Program-made: the position numbers and the translations under genes
Shown here: positions 35,696-45,879 of the stretch, piece after piece
Position numbering within the stretch: position 1 is the stretch's first letter
How the letters are laid out: the number at the start of each line of letters is the position of its first letter
IMG/VR virus record: IMGVR_UViG_3300044846_005100
Coordinates: 64,001-128,000 of that record
Strand: one strand, 5' to 3'
DNA: 64,000 nt
Source of the DNA: a virus
Notes under the pieces: generated by a model
Told to the model about the DNA's origin: nothing
What the model saw: the letters and a program-made list of their open reading frames with translations, nothing else
The model's database searches: none

Positions 35696-36829
35696 ATGTC
35701 AGAAAATAACTTAGATTTTGAAATCTTAGAGTTTAACGAAGAAATGCTTGATAGCAATAACTTATCAGACAAGATAGAAACTCTAAATGAAGAAGAACTT
35801 AATAATGAAGATGATGAAGAGCTTGATGATGATGCTTCTCTAGTTAACCAAGATTTAATAGATGAGGAAAACATAGATGAGCTTGAGTTATCAGAAGAAG
35901 AGAAAAAAATTATCTTAGAAAAAAAGAAAGAGAAAAAAGCTTCTGAAGAAGTAGCTGAAGAAGAGGAAGAAGAGTCAGAAGAAAATGATTTGGAGCCTTT
36001 AAAAGTGTTTGCAGCAGAGTTGCAAGAGAAAAATCTCTTAAATCTTCCAGAAGATTGGGATGGAAACGAAGAAACTTTGTTTGAAGCCTATGAGCAAACT
36101 CTTGAAGAAAGAGCTTTAAATATGGTGAAAAATGCTTATAAAGTAGAGGATCCAAAAGTAGACGGAGTTCTTAGATTTATTAAAGACGGTGGAAACATTG
36201 AAGACTACATTAACTTATATAGTGAAACTAATTGGGTGGATGTAGATATAGAAGATGAAGATAATGCAACAGCTTTAGTAAAAACATATCTAAGTTCTGT
36301 AAAAAATCTTGAAGACGATGAAGTAGATGCTTTAGTAGAAGGATATAAAGAAAAAGGAAAAATCTTTAATCAAGCTAGTAAAATACAAGCTGACTTGAAA
36401 GTTTTCAGAGAAAAACAAGAAGAAGAGCTTATTAAGTCTCAACAAGAATATGCTCGTATCCAAAGAGAAGAATACACTAAGAGTGTAAATAAAATTAGAG
36501 AAACTATCCAAAAAGGTAAAAGCGAAAACATTGTTATTGCTAAAAACCAAAAAAGTAATCTTGAAGACTTTATTTTTAGTCCTCAAGAGATAAAAAATGA
36601 TAAAGGAGAAGTAGTAGGAAGAGTTACAAAGTTTAAACAAGTATTGAATAACTACTTATCTGATCCTGAAAAAATGGTAGCATTAGCTTATAAGTTATAT
36701 GAAGGCCTTTCGGATAAATCAGACAAAATAGAAATAGCTAGTAAAGAAAAGAGCAAATTGGCAGAAAGTCTTAAAAGAGCTTCAGGTAAAACTAAGTCTG
36801 ATACAATAAAATTAGAATTCATAAATTAA
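35696..36829 (+). CDS. acidic scaffold/head assembly protein
   Basis: D/E-rich N-terminus, helical, between portal and MCP. Confidence 0.65.
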   Translation: MSENNLDFEILEFNEEMLDSNNLSDKIETLNEEELNNEDDEELDDDASLVNQDLIDEENIDELELSEEEKKIILEKKKEKKASEEVAEEEEEESEENDLEPLKVFAAELQEKNLLNLPEDWDGNEETLFEAYEQTLEERALNMVKNAYKVEDPKVDGVLRFIKDGGNIEDYINLYSETNWVDVDIEDEDNATALVKTYLSSVKNLEDDEVDALVEGYKEKGKIFNQASKIQADLKVFREKQEEELIKSQQEYARIQREEYTKSVNKIRETIQKGKSENIVIAKNQKSNLEDFIFSPQEIKNDKGEVVGRVTKFKQVLNNYLSDPEKMVALAYKLYEGLSDKSDKIEIASKEKSKLAESLKRASGKTKSDTIKLEFIN

Positions 36830-36854
36830 AATATTCAAATAAAATTAAATTAAC

Positions 36855-38432
36855 ATGAAATTATCACAAAGTAAATTCGGTATCATAAAAGCTCCTACGA
36901 TTACAGGTGATCGTAACTGGGGTATGAACTATACCAACCTAAACAACCTATATCAAGCAGGTTTGATCAAAACTGACGTTGATGCATTAGGTGGAATGGG
37001 TCAGTTGGCTTCTATGAAAACATTGTTCGATGGAACATCTCCATTGTTGGAGCTTGCACAAGGTTCTGACACTATCACTGTTGAAGGTGACAAAGTAGAA
37101 TGGGAATTCATGGTTTCAGGATACAGACCAGCTCTTATCGTTGAAGACGTTGAACCAGGAAACTTAACTAAAGGTATTGCTCAAAGAGAATTCAAAATCA
37201 AACTTGATTTGGGTACTTATGTTGAGGGTGATACATTGGTATTCACTGACAGCAAAAAATTCAACATGCGTGTAAGTAAATCTCCAGTTAAAGAAGGTTC
37301 TTTCACAGTGTACACAGTTAAATTGATGACTGACAGCCCTAATTTGTTCGTAGACAACAGTTTGTTTACACCAGGAACAAGGGTTATGAAATTGCACTCT
37401 ACTTATTCTGAGGCTTCTGTAAAAGGTGGTTCAATGAGTGTTGATGCTATCGGTAAAATTAAATTCCGTTCTGGATTGACAAGATTTAGAAAACAATACC
37501 AAATGACAGGAGATGCTGCTCAACGTAGATTGAATGGTAACTTGTCTGAGGCAGATTTGTTGATCTTGGCAGGTAGAAAAGCAGGAGAGAGCCAACAAGC
37601 TTTCCAAACAAGAATTGCTAATGCTTTGAACAAAAAGAATACAGGTAACATGTATATCACTTCAGTAGCAGAGGTTAAATTCAACAAAGAATTTGAAATG
37701 GAAAAAGAACTTCACTTGATGTATCAAAGAAGTACTTCTACAGTAATTGACGAATCTACAGGATACTTTGTAAATCAAGGTCCAGGTCTTCAAGAGATTT
37801 TGGAAGATGGATACAGAGAGTACTACAATACATTCTCTATCGGTCTTATCAAAGACTTCTTGCAAGATATTTTCTTCGGAAGAGTTGCTTACGATCAAAG
37901 AAATGTTGTAATGTGGACAGGAGAGATTGGATTGAGATTGTTTGATGAAGCTATCAACCAAATCACTCAAGGTTTCTTCAAAGACATGAAAGATTATTTC
38001 ATCAAAACTGACGGAACTTCATTAGTACCAGGTGGACCAAGTGGATTGTCTTACACTGAAACTCCTTGGACTCAATACAAATTGAAATTTGGTGGTTCAT
38101 TGACAGTTATGCACATGAAAGCTTACGATGACGTTACATTCAACACTATCTTAGATGAGAATGGTTATCCAGCAGAATCTTCAAGATTCACATTTGTAAA
38201 CTACGGATTGGGAGATGGTTTTGGTAAAAATATTTCTTACTTGAAATCTAAGAGAGATGTTGCTTACGGATTTGAAGGTGGATTGTCTAGCCCTTACGGA
38301 AACAACCAAGGTTCAATGATGTCTCACTCAGGTGACTTCTGGACTGTACATAGAATGGAATACGCAGGTATCATGGTAAAAGATGTTACAAAATGCGGTG
38401 AGTTGATTCCAGCAGTATTAAGAGGAAAATAA
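36855..38432 (+). CDS. major capsid protein
   Basis: 525 aa; high-expression codon usage; GPGLQE, VMWTGEIG; followed by a terminator. Confidence 0.88.
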   Translation: MKLSQSKFGIIKAPTITGDRNWGMNYTNLNNLYQAGLIKTDVDALGGMGQLASMKTLFDGTSPLLELAQGSDTITVEGDKVEWEFMVSGYRPALIVEDVEPGNLTKGIAQREFKIKLDLGTYVEGDTLVFTDSKKFNMRVSKSPVKEGSFTVYTVKLMTDSPNLFVDNSLFTPGTRVMKLHSTYSEASVKGGSMSVDAIGKIKFRSGLTRFRKQYQMTGDAAQRRLNGNLSEADLLILAGRKAGESQQAFQTRIANALNKKNTGNMYITSVAEVKFNKEFEMEKELHLMYQRSTSTVIDESTGYFVNQGPGLQEILEDGYREYYNTFSIGLIKDFLQDIFFGRVAYDQRNVVMWTGEIGLRLFDEAINQITQGFFKDMKDYFIKTDGTSLVPGGPSGLSYTETPWTQYKLKFGGSLTVMHMKAYDDVTFNTILDENGYPAESSRFTFVNYGLGDGFGKNISYLKSKRDVAYGFEGGLSSPYGNNQGSMMSHSGDFWTVHRMEYAGIMVKDVTKCGELIPAVLRGK

Positions 38433-38447
38433 AACCTTATAGGCTTT

Positions 38448-38478
38448 AAGGGGTGAGCCGCCTAATCACCCCTTTTTT
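38448..38478 (+). terminator. intrinsic terminator after MCP
   Basis: AAGGGGTGA/TCACCCCTT plus T-run. Confidence 0.8.
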
Positions 38479-38480
38479 AT

Positions 38481-38551
38481 AGCAGGAGGGAGGTATGGAT
38501 CTCTCTGGTCTCATAAGCCAGTTAAACCAGTTCGAGTCTGAGTCGTTGCTA
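38481..38551 (+). tRNA. degenerate tRNA with CAT anticodon (Met/Ile2-like)
   Basis: CTGGT-CTCATAA-GCCAG arm and TTCGAGT loop; lacks U8; bulged T and acceptor stems. Confidence 0.6.
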
Positions 38552-38583
38552 CTATTTTTTAAACACACAAACAAAAAAAAACA

Positions 38584-39495
38584 ATGAGCACATTAACAAA
38601 CAAAAAGGTAAAAATTTACCCAAACATTAAAAAAAATAAGCATTGGCAAGTAAATATTGACCCATCTTATAGACAAGCGTCAGAATCTTATGCTTTTTTA
38701 GCAAACGCTAATACAATTAGACCCCAATTTGACGAAAGTTCTTATAGATACCATTTGGGTCCAATTAATGAAAGATACACTGATGAACAAATTAATACAT
38801 TGGTTAGAAAACTAGCCTTAAATGATGAGATTACTAATCAAAAAATCACATCAGCCGATCCTTCTAATAGAAGAGATCCATTCTTTACACACTCAAAATG
38901 TAAAGCAAAACTAACTAGAGATATTCAAACTCTTGACCTAAACAAACCAACAGAAGAATTGGTTTATGGAATTATGTCTGCTGATCCAATGACAGTTATA
39001 GGAGAAACTTCTCTTTCAAAACATCCAACAGCAGAATGGATTATAGAAGACGAAGTAGCAGATGCTACAATAAGAGAATCTAAGCGTGAGAAAACAAGTA
39101 AATTGCACGAAAGATATAACAAGCTTACTTTGTCACAAAAAAGAGATATGAGTACCGCATTAGGTATTAAATTAACAGGAGACGAGAAAGAAATAATTAT
39201 TGAAGATTTATTGTACTCTAAGATTACAGAAAACGAAAATAAAGAAACTCTTTCAGCAATTCAAGATTTATTCATTGAATTGTCCGACCCTAAAAATAAA
39301 GCTAAATTGGAAGTTACTATTAACGTAGAAAAAATGTACCAATATGCTGTGTTAAGAAAAGAAAATATTAAAGTATTCTTTAACGGAGAACAACTTCAAA
39401 CAGATACTATCCATATTATTGATTTCTTACAAAAACCAGAAAATTCATCATTATATCTAAGCCTAGAAGAGGCTTTAAAAGCTAAAATGAAATAA
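38584..39495 (+). CDS. conserved crAss-like protein downstream of MCP
   Basis: 303 aa; LDLNKP.EEL.Y motif and synteny. Confidence 0.65.
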   Translation: MSTLTNKKVKIYPNIKKNKHWQVNIDPSYRQASESYAFLANANTIRPQFDESSYRYHLGPINERYTDEQINTLVRKLALNDEITNQKITSADPSNRRDPFFTHSKCKAKLTRDIQTLDLNKPTEELVYGIMSADPMTVIGETSLSKHPTAEWIIEDEVADATIRESKREKTSKLHERYNKLTLSQKRDMSTALGIKLTGDEKEIIIEDLLYSKITENENKETLSAIQDLFIELSDPKNKAKLEVTINVEKMYQYAVLRKENIKVFFNGEQLQTDTIHIIDFLQKPENSSLYLSLEEALKAKMK

Positions 39496-40199
39496 TGTTT
39501 TCAATAAAAGAAGCCCATTATAAATTTAAACAACATGCTAACAAAGTAGACGGTTTAAGAAATGCTAATTTCCTAATACCTCAGATTGATGAGTATTTGT
39601 GGGAAGCATATATAATTTGGCTAGAAAACATTTGTGAACAGCTAGAAATAAATCAAAAGAGAAGAGATGATATTAGAGAGTTGGAAATAAAAGACTTTCC
39701 TCTCACTGTAACTAAGATCAACGATGATTATTACACAGCAGATCTTCCTTTAGACTATTATAGATATTTAGAGTCTTACTCTGTATGCTTTACAGCTACT
39801 TGTCCAAAGAAAACAATTAAGAATTTTTTCATACAAAAGGATGATATTTATACAAATGATCCTATGTTTAATTCTTCTTATACTTTTGAAAGAGTAAACA
39901 TGGATATGTCTGGAAATAAATTATATCTATACTATGAAGGATTTAATATTGATAAAGTATTTCTCACTTATATAAGAAAACCTTTACGTCCAGGGAACCC
40001 TCAAGACTTTATTAATGGAGGAGGAACATATAAGCTTCCTAATGGTACTTTAGCTGTACAGAGAGATATAGAAGTAAATTCTACTTTCCAATCAAACAAA
40101 ATTATAGATATTGCAGTATTAATCGCAATGAGAGACGTAGGTAATACTATAGATTTTGAATCACAATTAAATAAAATATTAAATATATCAAAAATTTAA
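39495..40199 (+). CDS. head-tail ring/adaptor protein
   Basis: NKVD...ID.YL..A, LP.DY, YIRKP, IIDIAV. Confidence 0.65.
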   Translation: MFSIKEAHYKFKQHANKVDGLRNANFLIPQIDEYLWEAYIIWLENICEQLEINQKRRDDIRELEIKDFPLTVTKINDDYYTADLPLDYYRYLESYSVCFTATCPKKTIKNFFIQKDDIYTNDPMFNSSYTFERVNMDMSGNKLYLYYEGFNIDKVFLTYIRKPLRPGNPQDFINGGGTYKLPNGTLAVQRDIEVNSTFQSNKIIDIAVLIAMRDVGNTIDFESQLNKILNISKI

Positions 40200-40221
40200 C
40201 AAACTTTAAATAAAAATCAAA

Positions 40222-41397
40222 ATGAGATCAAGAATTCAAAAACAAATGTTCCTTCCTACTTCTGCAGTTGCAGGTAGTGCTACAGGATACGGTATTGTTG
40301 CAACTGGTACTGCATTTTACAATGCTACTTCTAAACAATATCTTTTAAGACCAGGTCAAATCGGGTTTTACAACGCTGAAACTAATACAGCAGTAGATGC
40401 TACTACTATTGTAGGAGTAAAATCAATTTATGTTGCTATTGGAGTTGACAAAAACGCTTCAAAAACCACTTCAGACGGAGTTAGATTAGCAGCAGGAGAA
40501 ACTTTAACTTCATGTTCAATGGACGATGCAAGTGTTAAAGCTCCTCAAGAAGGTGCTTCTAACAAAGCTAAGTTTAACTTCTCTTGTACAGATTGTGCTC
40601 AAAACTATTCAATCGGTATCAGAATTAACGACCCTACATTGAACTTTTTCTACCCAGAAAATAGATACCATGTAGAAACTATTTCAGTTCAATCTGAAGA
40701 TTGTCCTACATGTGATGGAGATTGCGACTACACACATGATTGTGAAGAAGTTGCTTTAAAATTCAAAGCTGCTATTGAGTCAAATGAGTTATTGTCAAAA
40801 TATGTTGACAATGTAAGAACTTCTGCAGACCCAGTTACTCCAATTACCCCTGCTCCAGGATTTTCTTGTGCAATTGAAGTTACTTTCAAAGTAAACACTG
40901 CAGATTGTGTATGTTTCCCTCCAGCAGAAGCTATCATTGATAGATATACTATTGGATCTATCCAAGTTATCTTGAATTCAGCATGGGCTCCAAATTCTAC
41001 AAGTGTTTCTGTAGATAATACAGGAATGCAATTGCCAGAAGGTCATGGTGCTAAATTGCAATGGGAAGAGTACAATGAAATGCCAGGTGGTACAGGTTTC
41101 GATGGTTTGAACAGTGAAGTTGAAACTACAGGAGCTCCTTACTACGCTCAATTGGGTGTATCAAGAACTAAAAACTTGTTAGTTGATTGTAATCAAACAT
41201 ATTGCCAATATGTATTGGGTTATCATACAGTATCTCCAAATGAGAATGCAAACGGTATGAATTGGAATCCAAACTTTATCACAACTATCTTAGTTCCAGA
41301 AGCACATACTACTACTCAAACTGCAGTAGAAGCTACTTTGAATGCTTTTGTTACAACAGGACCTTGTGGTAAAACAATTGACCTTGAGTGTCTATAA
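40222..41397 (+). CDS. auxiliary capsid/structural protein, Cys-rich
   Basis: 391 aa, high-expression codons, followed by a strong terminator; synteny. Confidence 0.6.
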   Translation: MRSRIQKQMFLPTSAVAGSATGYGIVATGTAFYNATSKQYLLRPGQIGFYNAETNTAVDATTIVGVKSIYVAIGVDKNASKTTSDGVRLAAGETLTSCSMDDASVKAPQEGASNKAKFNFSCTDCAQNYSIGIRINDPTLNFFYPENRYHVETISVQSEDCPTCDGDCDYTHDCEEVALKFKAAIESNELLSKYVDNVRTSADPVTPITPAPGFSCAIEVTFKVNTADCVCFPPAEAIIDRYTIGSIQVILNSAWAPNSTSVSVDNTGMQLPEGHGAKLQWEEYNEMPGGTGFDGLNSEVETTGAPYYAQLGVSRTKNLLVDCNQTYCQYVLGYHTVSPNENANGMNWNPNFITTILVPEAHTTTQTAVEATLNAFVTTGPCGKTIDLECL

Positions 41398-41446
41398 AAA
41401 TTAATATTATTAAGTAAAATTAATTAATATATTGTTTTGTGTGTGG

Positions 41447-41485
41447 AGTAGGTAGCAGAGATTTCTTTGCTACCTATTTTTTTTT
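41447..41485 (+). terminator. intrinsic terminator
   Basis: AGTAGGTAGCAGAG-ATTT-CTTTGCTACCTATT plus T-run. Confidence 0.85.
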
Positions 41486-41547
41486 ACATACTAAAAATTT
41501 TTTATAATATAAAAATTAATACTTATTTTTGTTGAAAATATAAATAC

Positions 41548-42363
41548 ATGAAAAAAATAAATATTATTTCAGAGGCAATTTATAAAGGCAAGCACAAACT
41601 TGTCAATCAAGGTGCCTTTATTAATATGTCAGACTTAGTGGGAGACATATTCTCTTGTTTTAACATTCAATGTTGTAATGGACTACTTGATAGTAAATCA
41701 GATTTTTTTATAAGAAAATCCTCTTTAATTTACAGCAGAAAAAAACCAGGAGCTAACTGGCAATCGCTTAACAAATTAGTTTTGGATGTTTATAACTGTT
41801 TTACAGGTACAACATTATGTCCAGGTTCAAGAAGTGCACAATGGTGGATTACTACTGATGTAATCAGACCTGCAAAAACTGTCGAAACGATTAATTTTAC
41901 CCCAATTATAGAAAAAGTATTGGAATGTTGTGGTATTATGAATAAATGCATTCCTTTAAATTTTAGAGCGTATGCAGATGGATGGATAACAGCAGGAATA
42001 ACCAGCAAATCTGATTTCTTAGCATTATTGAATGCTATGGGTAACGGATCCCCAGTTGTAAGTAATTTTGCAAAACAAGGAGATTATCTTGCAGCATCTA
42101 TTTCAGGAGCAGAAATACTAGACTTTAGATTTTTAGCTAGTCCTCGATTATTTTCAATTACTACTTTACCAGTAGAGACTACTTACATAGATATTTCTGG
42201 CCAAGGATTTAATACAGATAATTTAGACATTACAGCTGAAACATTATTAAATGGATTTTTGCCTAAAAGTTATTGGAATAGTTCAGCTCAACAAACTGGA
42301 GACCAACCTAGTGGAAGTGTTCAAGCAGATTTAACTACAAATGTAACAAGCGTTACTTTTTAA
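41548..42363 (+). CDS. putative virion fibre/decoration protein
   Basis: Cys-rich N-module paralogous to 42376. Confidence 0.55.
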   Translation: MKKINIISEAIYKGKHKLVNQGAFINMSDLVGDIFSCFNIQCCNGLLDSKSDFFIRKSSLIYSRKKPGANWQSLNKLVLDVYNCFTGTTLCPGSRSAQWWITTDVIRPAKTVETINFTPIIEKVLECCGIMNKCIPLNFRAYADGWITAGITSKSDFLALLNAMGNGSPVVSNFAKQGDYLAASISGAEILDFRFLASPRLFSITTLPVETTYIDISGQGFNTDNLDITAETLLNGFLPKSYWNSSAQQTGDQPSGSVQADLTTNVTSVTF

Positions 42364-42375
42364 TAAATAGACTAT

Positions 42376-42969
42376 ATGTACATAATATCAGAAGCAATTT
42401 TTAAAGGACAAAGTAAGCCTGCTAAATTAGCAGGTTATACTAGTTTTAGTAATATATTATGTGATATATTTAGTTGTTATAATTTAACATGTAATGCTAC
42501 AACAAATACTTACATAAAAAAAGCGTATTTAATTAAATCTAATAAAAAACCTAAAAATAAATTTATTTCACTTACAAAACTTATCCTAGATATTTATAAT
42601 TGTAAAAAAGGAACAAGTTTATGTATTCCAGAAGGAGCATATCAATGGTGGATAGATGGGGGTCAAATTAGACCAAAAGCTACAATAGAAACTTTAAATT
42701 TTAATAAGATAGTAGTAAATTTATTATCTTGTTGTGGATTAGTGTCTTGTGGAGGATGTAGTTTGGCAAATGCTACGGTAGATTTAACAGATTTAGCAGG
42801 TAATCATATTGCATATATATTCCCTAATAATACTATTTGTCCTGAAGCAACAGTTGTGTTAAATGATTTAGCAGGAAATTTACTAGGATATATACTTCCG
42901 TCTAACACAGATGGAACTACAGTTCAAATAACAGATTTAGCAGGTAATACCCTAGGATGGGCATATTAA
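42376..42969 (+). CDS. putative virion fibre/decoration protein
   Basis: Same N-module; three DLAGN repeats at the C-terminus. Confidence 0.55.
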   Translation: MYIISEAIFKGQSKPAKLAGYTSFSNILCDIFSCYNLTCNATTNTYIKKAYLIKSNKKPKNKFISLTKLILDIYNCKKGTSLCIPEGAYQWWIDGGQIRPKATIETLNFNKIVVNLLSCCGLVSCGGCSLANATVDLTDLAGNHIAYIFPNNTICPEATVVLNDLAGNLLGYILPSNTDGTTVQITDLAGNTLGWAY

Positions 42970-42997
42970 AAATTAAAATAATAAAATAAAAATATAA

Positions 42998-44296
42998 ATG
43001 GCAACAATAATAACAAGTACAGATATAGGAGCAAACTTAGGGTTTACAGGAAGTCCTTTAAAACTTGCAGCTAGAGAACAATTAAGAGGTAATAATTATA
43101 TAGTAGTTTATGGAAATAATAATACTACTCAACAAAATGGAATTGAATTATTTTCTAAATTAAATTTTGCAAAAATCTCTACTCCTAATGGGCTACCTTT
43201 ATCTGACAAAAACAGAATGACGGTAATAGTTGCTCCTGGAGTTTATATTTTACCTGTCTCTATAGACTGGTTAGATATGGATACTCCTTATATAAATTTA
43301 GTATCTTTAACAGGTGAAGCAGATGTATCTTTAATTTCTTTAAATAGTGCTACTGCTATAAAAGTTACTACTTCAGATATTAAAATAAAAGGATTTAATT
43401 TAACAGAACAAAGTAATAATATTATTATAGAAGGTGCATATAGTAATAATTATTTTGAAAATATAATTGGAGGAGATTATAACTTTTCTAATGGAACCTT
43501 TAGGGGTCAAGTTGCAGGAAATTTTAAAAATTGTGTAGGAGGAAATCAATGTTTTGCAGATATAAATAATGAAGAAATGTTAATAAGTTCTACATTAGAA
43601 AATTGCACTGCTTCAGATTTTTCATTTGGTCTTGAAATAGTGGAAAGTACTTTAATTAATTGTTTAGCTGGTGCTCAAAGTTTTGGATATAAGTCAATAA
43701 TTAGTAGTTATTTAACTGATTGTACTGCACGAGGAGAGTCTTTTGGATGTGCAAGTGGAATTTTTGGTTCTACATTAACAAATTGTACTGCTGGTGATTT
43801 TTCTTTTGGAAGAACTGATTTACTTGGACAACCAACTATTATAGAAAAATCTCAATTAAATAATTGCAAAGCAGGGGTAAATTCTTTTTCAGTTGGGAAT
43901 GTTGATGACAGTTCATTTATTAATTGTGTAGGAGGAGATGAATCCTTTGGTGCAAATATTGCTAATAGCATTTATAAAAACTGTAAAGGTGGAAATAATT
44001 CTTTTGGTGCAGGACAACTACTAAGTTGGCCAGATTTGACTGCAGGAGGTAATTTTTATAATTGTGAAGCAGGAGATGGCAGTTTTGGTATAAACATTTC
44101 AAATGGTAATTATTATTACTGTATAGCAGGAGGTGATAGTTTTACTGGAAGAACTCAAGGTGGTATGGGAGGTTATGCTGCTTATTGTAAAGGTATGAAT
44201 CCAACAAGTTCAGGTTCAAGTACAGCTATTTATTGTACAGATGCAACTAATAACCCTGTTAATTACGGATTAGGTTCAACAACAAATAATATATAA
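42998..44296 (+). CDS. beta-helix fibre/spike protein
   Basis: Many C-x-[AG]G-xx-SFG repeats; domain shared with 50669. Confidence 0.65.
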   Translation: MATIITSTDIGANLGFTGSPLKLAAREQLRGNNYIVVYGNNNTTQQNGIELFSKLNFAKISTPNGLPLSDKNRMTVIVAPGVYILPVSIDWLDMDTPYINLVSLTGEADVSLISLNSATAIKVTTSDIKIKGFNLTEQSNNIIIEGAYSNNYFENIIGGDYNFSNGTFRGQVAGNFKNCVGGNQCFADINNEEMLISSTLENCTASDFSFGLEIVESTLINCLAGAQSFGYKSIISSYLTDCTARGESFGCASGIFGSTLTNCTAGDFSFGRTDLLGQPTIIEKSQLNNCKAGVNSFSVGNVDDSSFINCVGGDESFGANIANSIYKNCKGGNNSFGAGQLLSWPDLTAGGNFYNCEAGDGSFGINISNGNYYYCIAGGDSFTGRTQGGMGGYAAYCKGMNPTSSGSSTAIYCTDATNNPVNYGLGSTTNNI

Positions 44297-44300
44297 GAAT

Positions 44301-44582
44301 ATGAAATATTTAAAATTAAAAAATAACAATTGGGTAGAAATTACTGCTACTAAAGTTGATACTAGAAATGAGGAAACTAATTTAGTTAAAACTACTATTG
44401 AAAATGTAGAAAGTAAGGCTCCAAAAGAAGAAGTTAAAAAAGCTCAAGATAAATTAAATACATTATCAGTTAAAGATAACAAAAACTTTGAATTGATTTC
44501 TGCTGTTTATATTGGAGGAGAAATAAATAAGCTCAATGTAGAATATAATTTATTGGGGGAATATAATCAAAATTTTATTTAG
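44301..44582 (+). CDS. small protein, possible fibre chaperone
   Basis: Follows a beta-helix gene, as does 51756. Confidence 0.45.
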   Translation: MKYLKLKNNNWVEITATKVDTRNEETNLVKTTIENVESKAPKEEVKKAQDKLNTLSVKDNKNFELISAVYIGGEINKLNVEYNLLGEYNQNFI

Positions 44583-44633
44583 TAAACTCAAAATTAATTC
44601 TCATATTTGCAATAGATAATTTAAAATTATTTT

Positions 44634-45302
44634 ATGGCAGATTTTTCAAATGAAAGAGAAAAAACAATAAGGTTCCAAATTAGTTTAAACGAGGAACAAA
44701 AGCAAGCAAAAGCAATTATATTAGATAATAGCATTACTTATATTTCAGGAAAGGCAGGGTCTGGTAAGACATTATTATGCTGCCAAGTTGCTTTAGATTT
44801 GTTTTTTAAGAAGCAAGTAAAACATATAATAATAACAAGACCTGCTGTAGAAGCAGGAGAGAAGCTTGGGTTTTTACCAGGTGGTTTAGAAGAAAAGCTT
44901 GACCCTTATGTTCAAGCAATTTATCAAAATTTTTATGCATTGTATAAAAAAGAAAAGGTAGATAAAATGATACAAGATGGTATTATACAAATAAGACCAT
45001 TTGCTTATATGAGAGGAAGTACTTTTTGTGATGCTGTAATTATTGTAGATGAAGTTCAAAATACTACAGAGTCTCAAGTAAAAATGGTTATGGAGAGATT
45101 AGGCAAGGGGAGTAAAATGATGTTATGTGGAGATGTTAATCAAATAGATTTAGCTCGTAATGTTACTTCAGGTATTAAATTTTTAGATTATTTAAAAGAA
45201 AATGGTTTAAATAAATTTGAAAAAGTAGTATTATTAACTAACCACAGAGACCCAATAGTAGAAGATATATTAAACTTATACGAGAGTTTTAAAAATAAAT
45301 AA
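44634..45302 (+). CDS. phoH: PhoH-like ATPase
   Basis: GKAGSGKT, ITRPAVE, LGFLPG, AYMRGSTF, DEVQN, RLG, GD..QID. Confidence 0.95.
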   Translation: MADFSNEREKTIRFQISLNEEQKQAKAIILDNSITYISGKAGSGKTLLCCQVALDLFFKKQVKHIIITRPAVEAGEKLGFLPGGLEEKLDPYVQAIYQNFYALYKKEKVDKMIQDGIIQIRPFAYMRGSTFCDAVIIVDEVQNTTESQVKMVMERLGKGSKMMLCGDVNQIDLARNVTSGIKFLDYLKENGLNKFEKVVLLTNHRDPIVEDILNLYESFKNK

Positions 45303-45304
45303 AA

Positions 45305-45871
45305 ATGAATTTAAACTTAGAATTTAGCCAACATAGTTGTACATATATTTATGTAAACAATACTTCAGAGTATGATTTAACATTAGGTGCAATTAAATCA
45401 ACATATATTAATGTATTGGTTCCTGGGCAAACTGTTACAAAAAAATTATTAATTCCTTTTGAAGGCCAACTTACTTTAAATGCTAAAAATTTAGGCCAAC
45501 AAACTAACCTTAGTAAATATTTGCAAGATATTACTGAAGGATATTACACTATGGAATTAGTTGTTGAACAACAATTAAATCCTAACAGTCCTTTAGTAGT
45601 AAACAAAGAAACTTTTTGTTACTTTAATACATGCCAATTAGATTGTACTATTGATAAGAAAACATTAGAGCTTTTACAAAACAAATGTTGTAATGAAAAT
45701 GATTGTACAGGAAAATTAACCCAAGAAACAAAAGATATTGAAACTCTAAAATTATATAGAGAAGGATTGAAGTCTTCAGCTAGTCTTTGTAAAAAAGAAA
45801 CTGCTATGGAAATATATCAATGTCTTCAATATAAATTAGGAGTCCTAAATATTGATTGTGGCTGCAAATAA
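45305..45871 (+). CDS. structural protein (tail hub/collar-like)
   Basis: 188 aa; DITEGYYT; ends in CGCK. Confidence 0.5.
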   Translation: MNLNLEFSQHSCTYIYVNNTSEYDLTLGAIKSTYINVLVPGQTVTKKLLIPFEGQLTLNAKNLGQQTNLSKYLQDITEGYYTMELVVEQQLNPNSPLVVNKETFCYFNTCQLDCTIDKKTLELLQNKCCNENDCTGKLTQETKDIETLKLYREGLKSSASLCKKETAMEIYQCLQYKLGVLNIDCGCK

Positions 45872-45879
45872 ATAGAAAA

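Noticed and set aside
30696-38432. Introns or inteins in TerL, portal or MCP
   Set aside because: ORFs are continuous, of expected size, with no intein motifs
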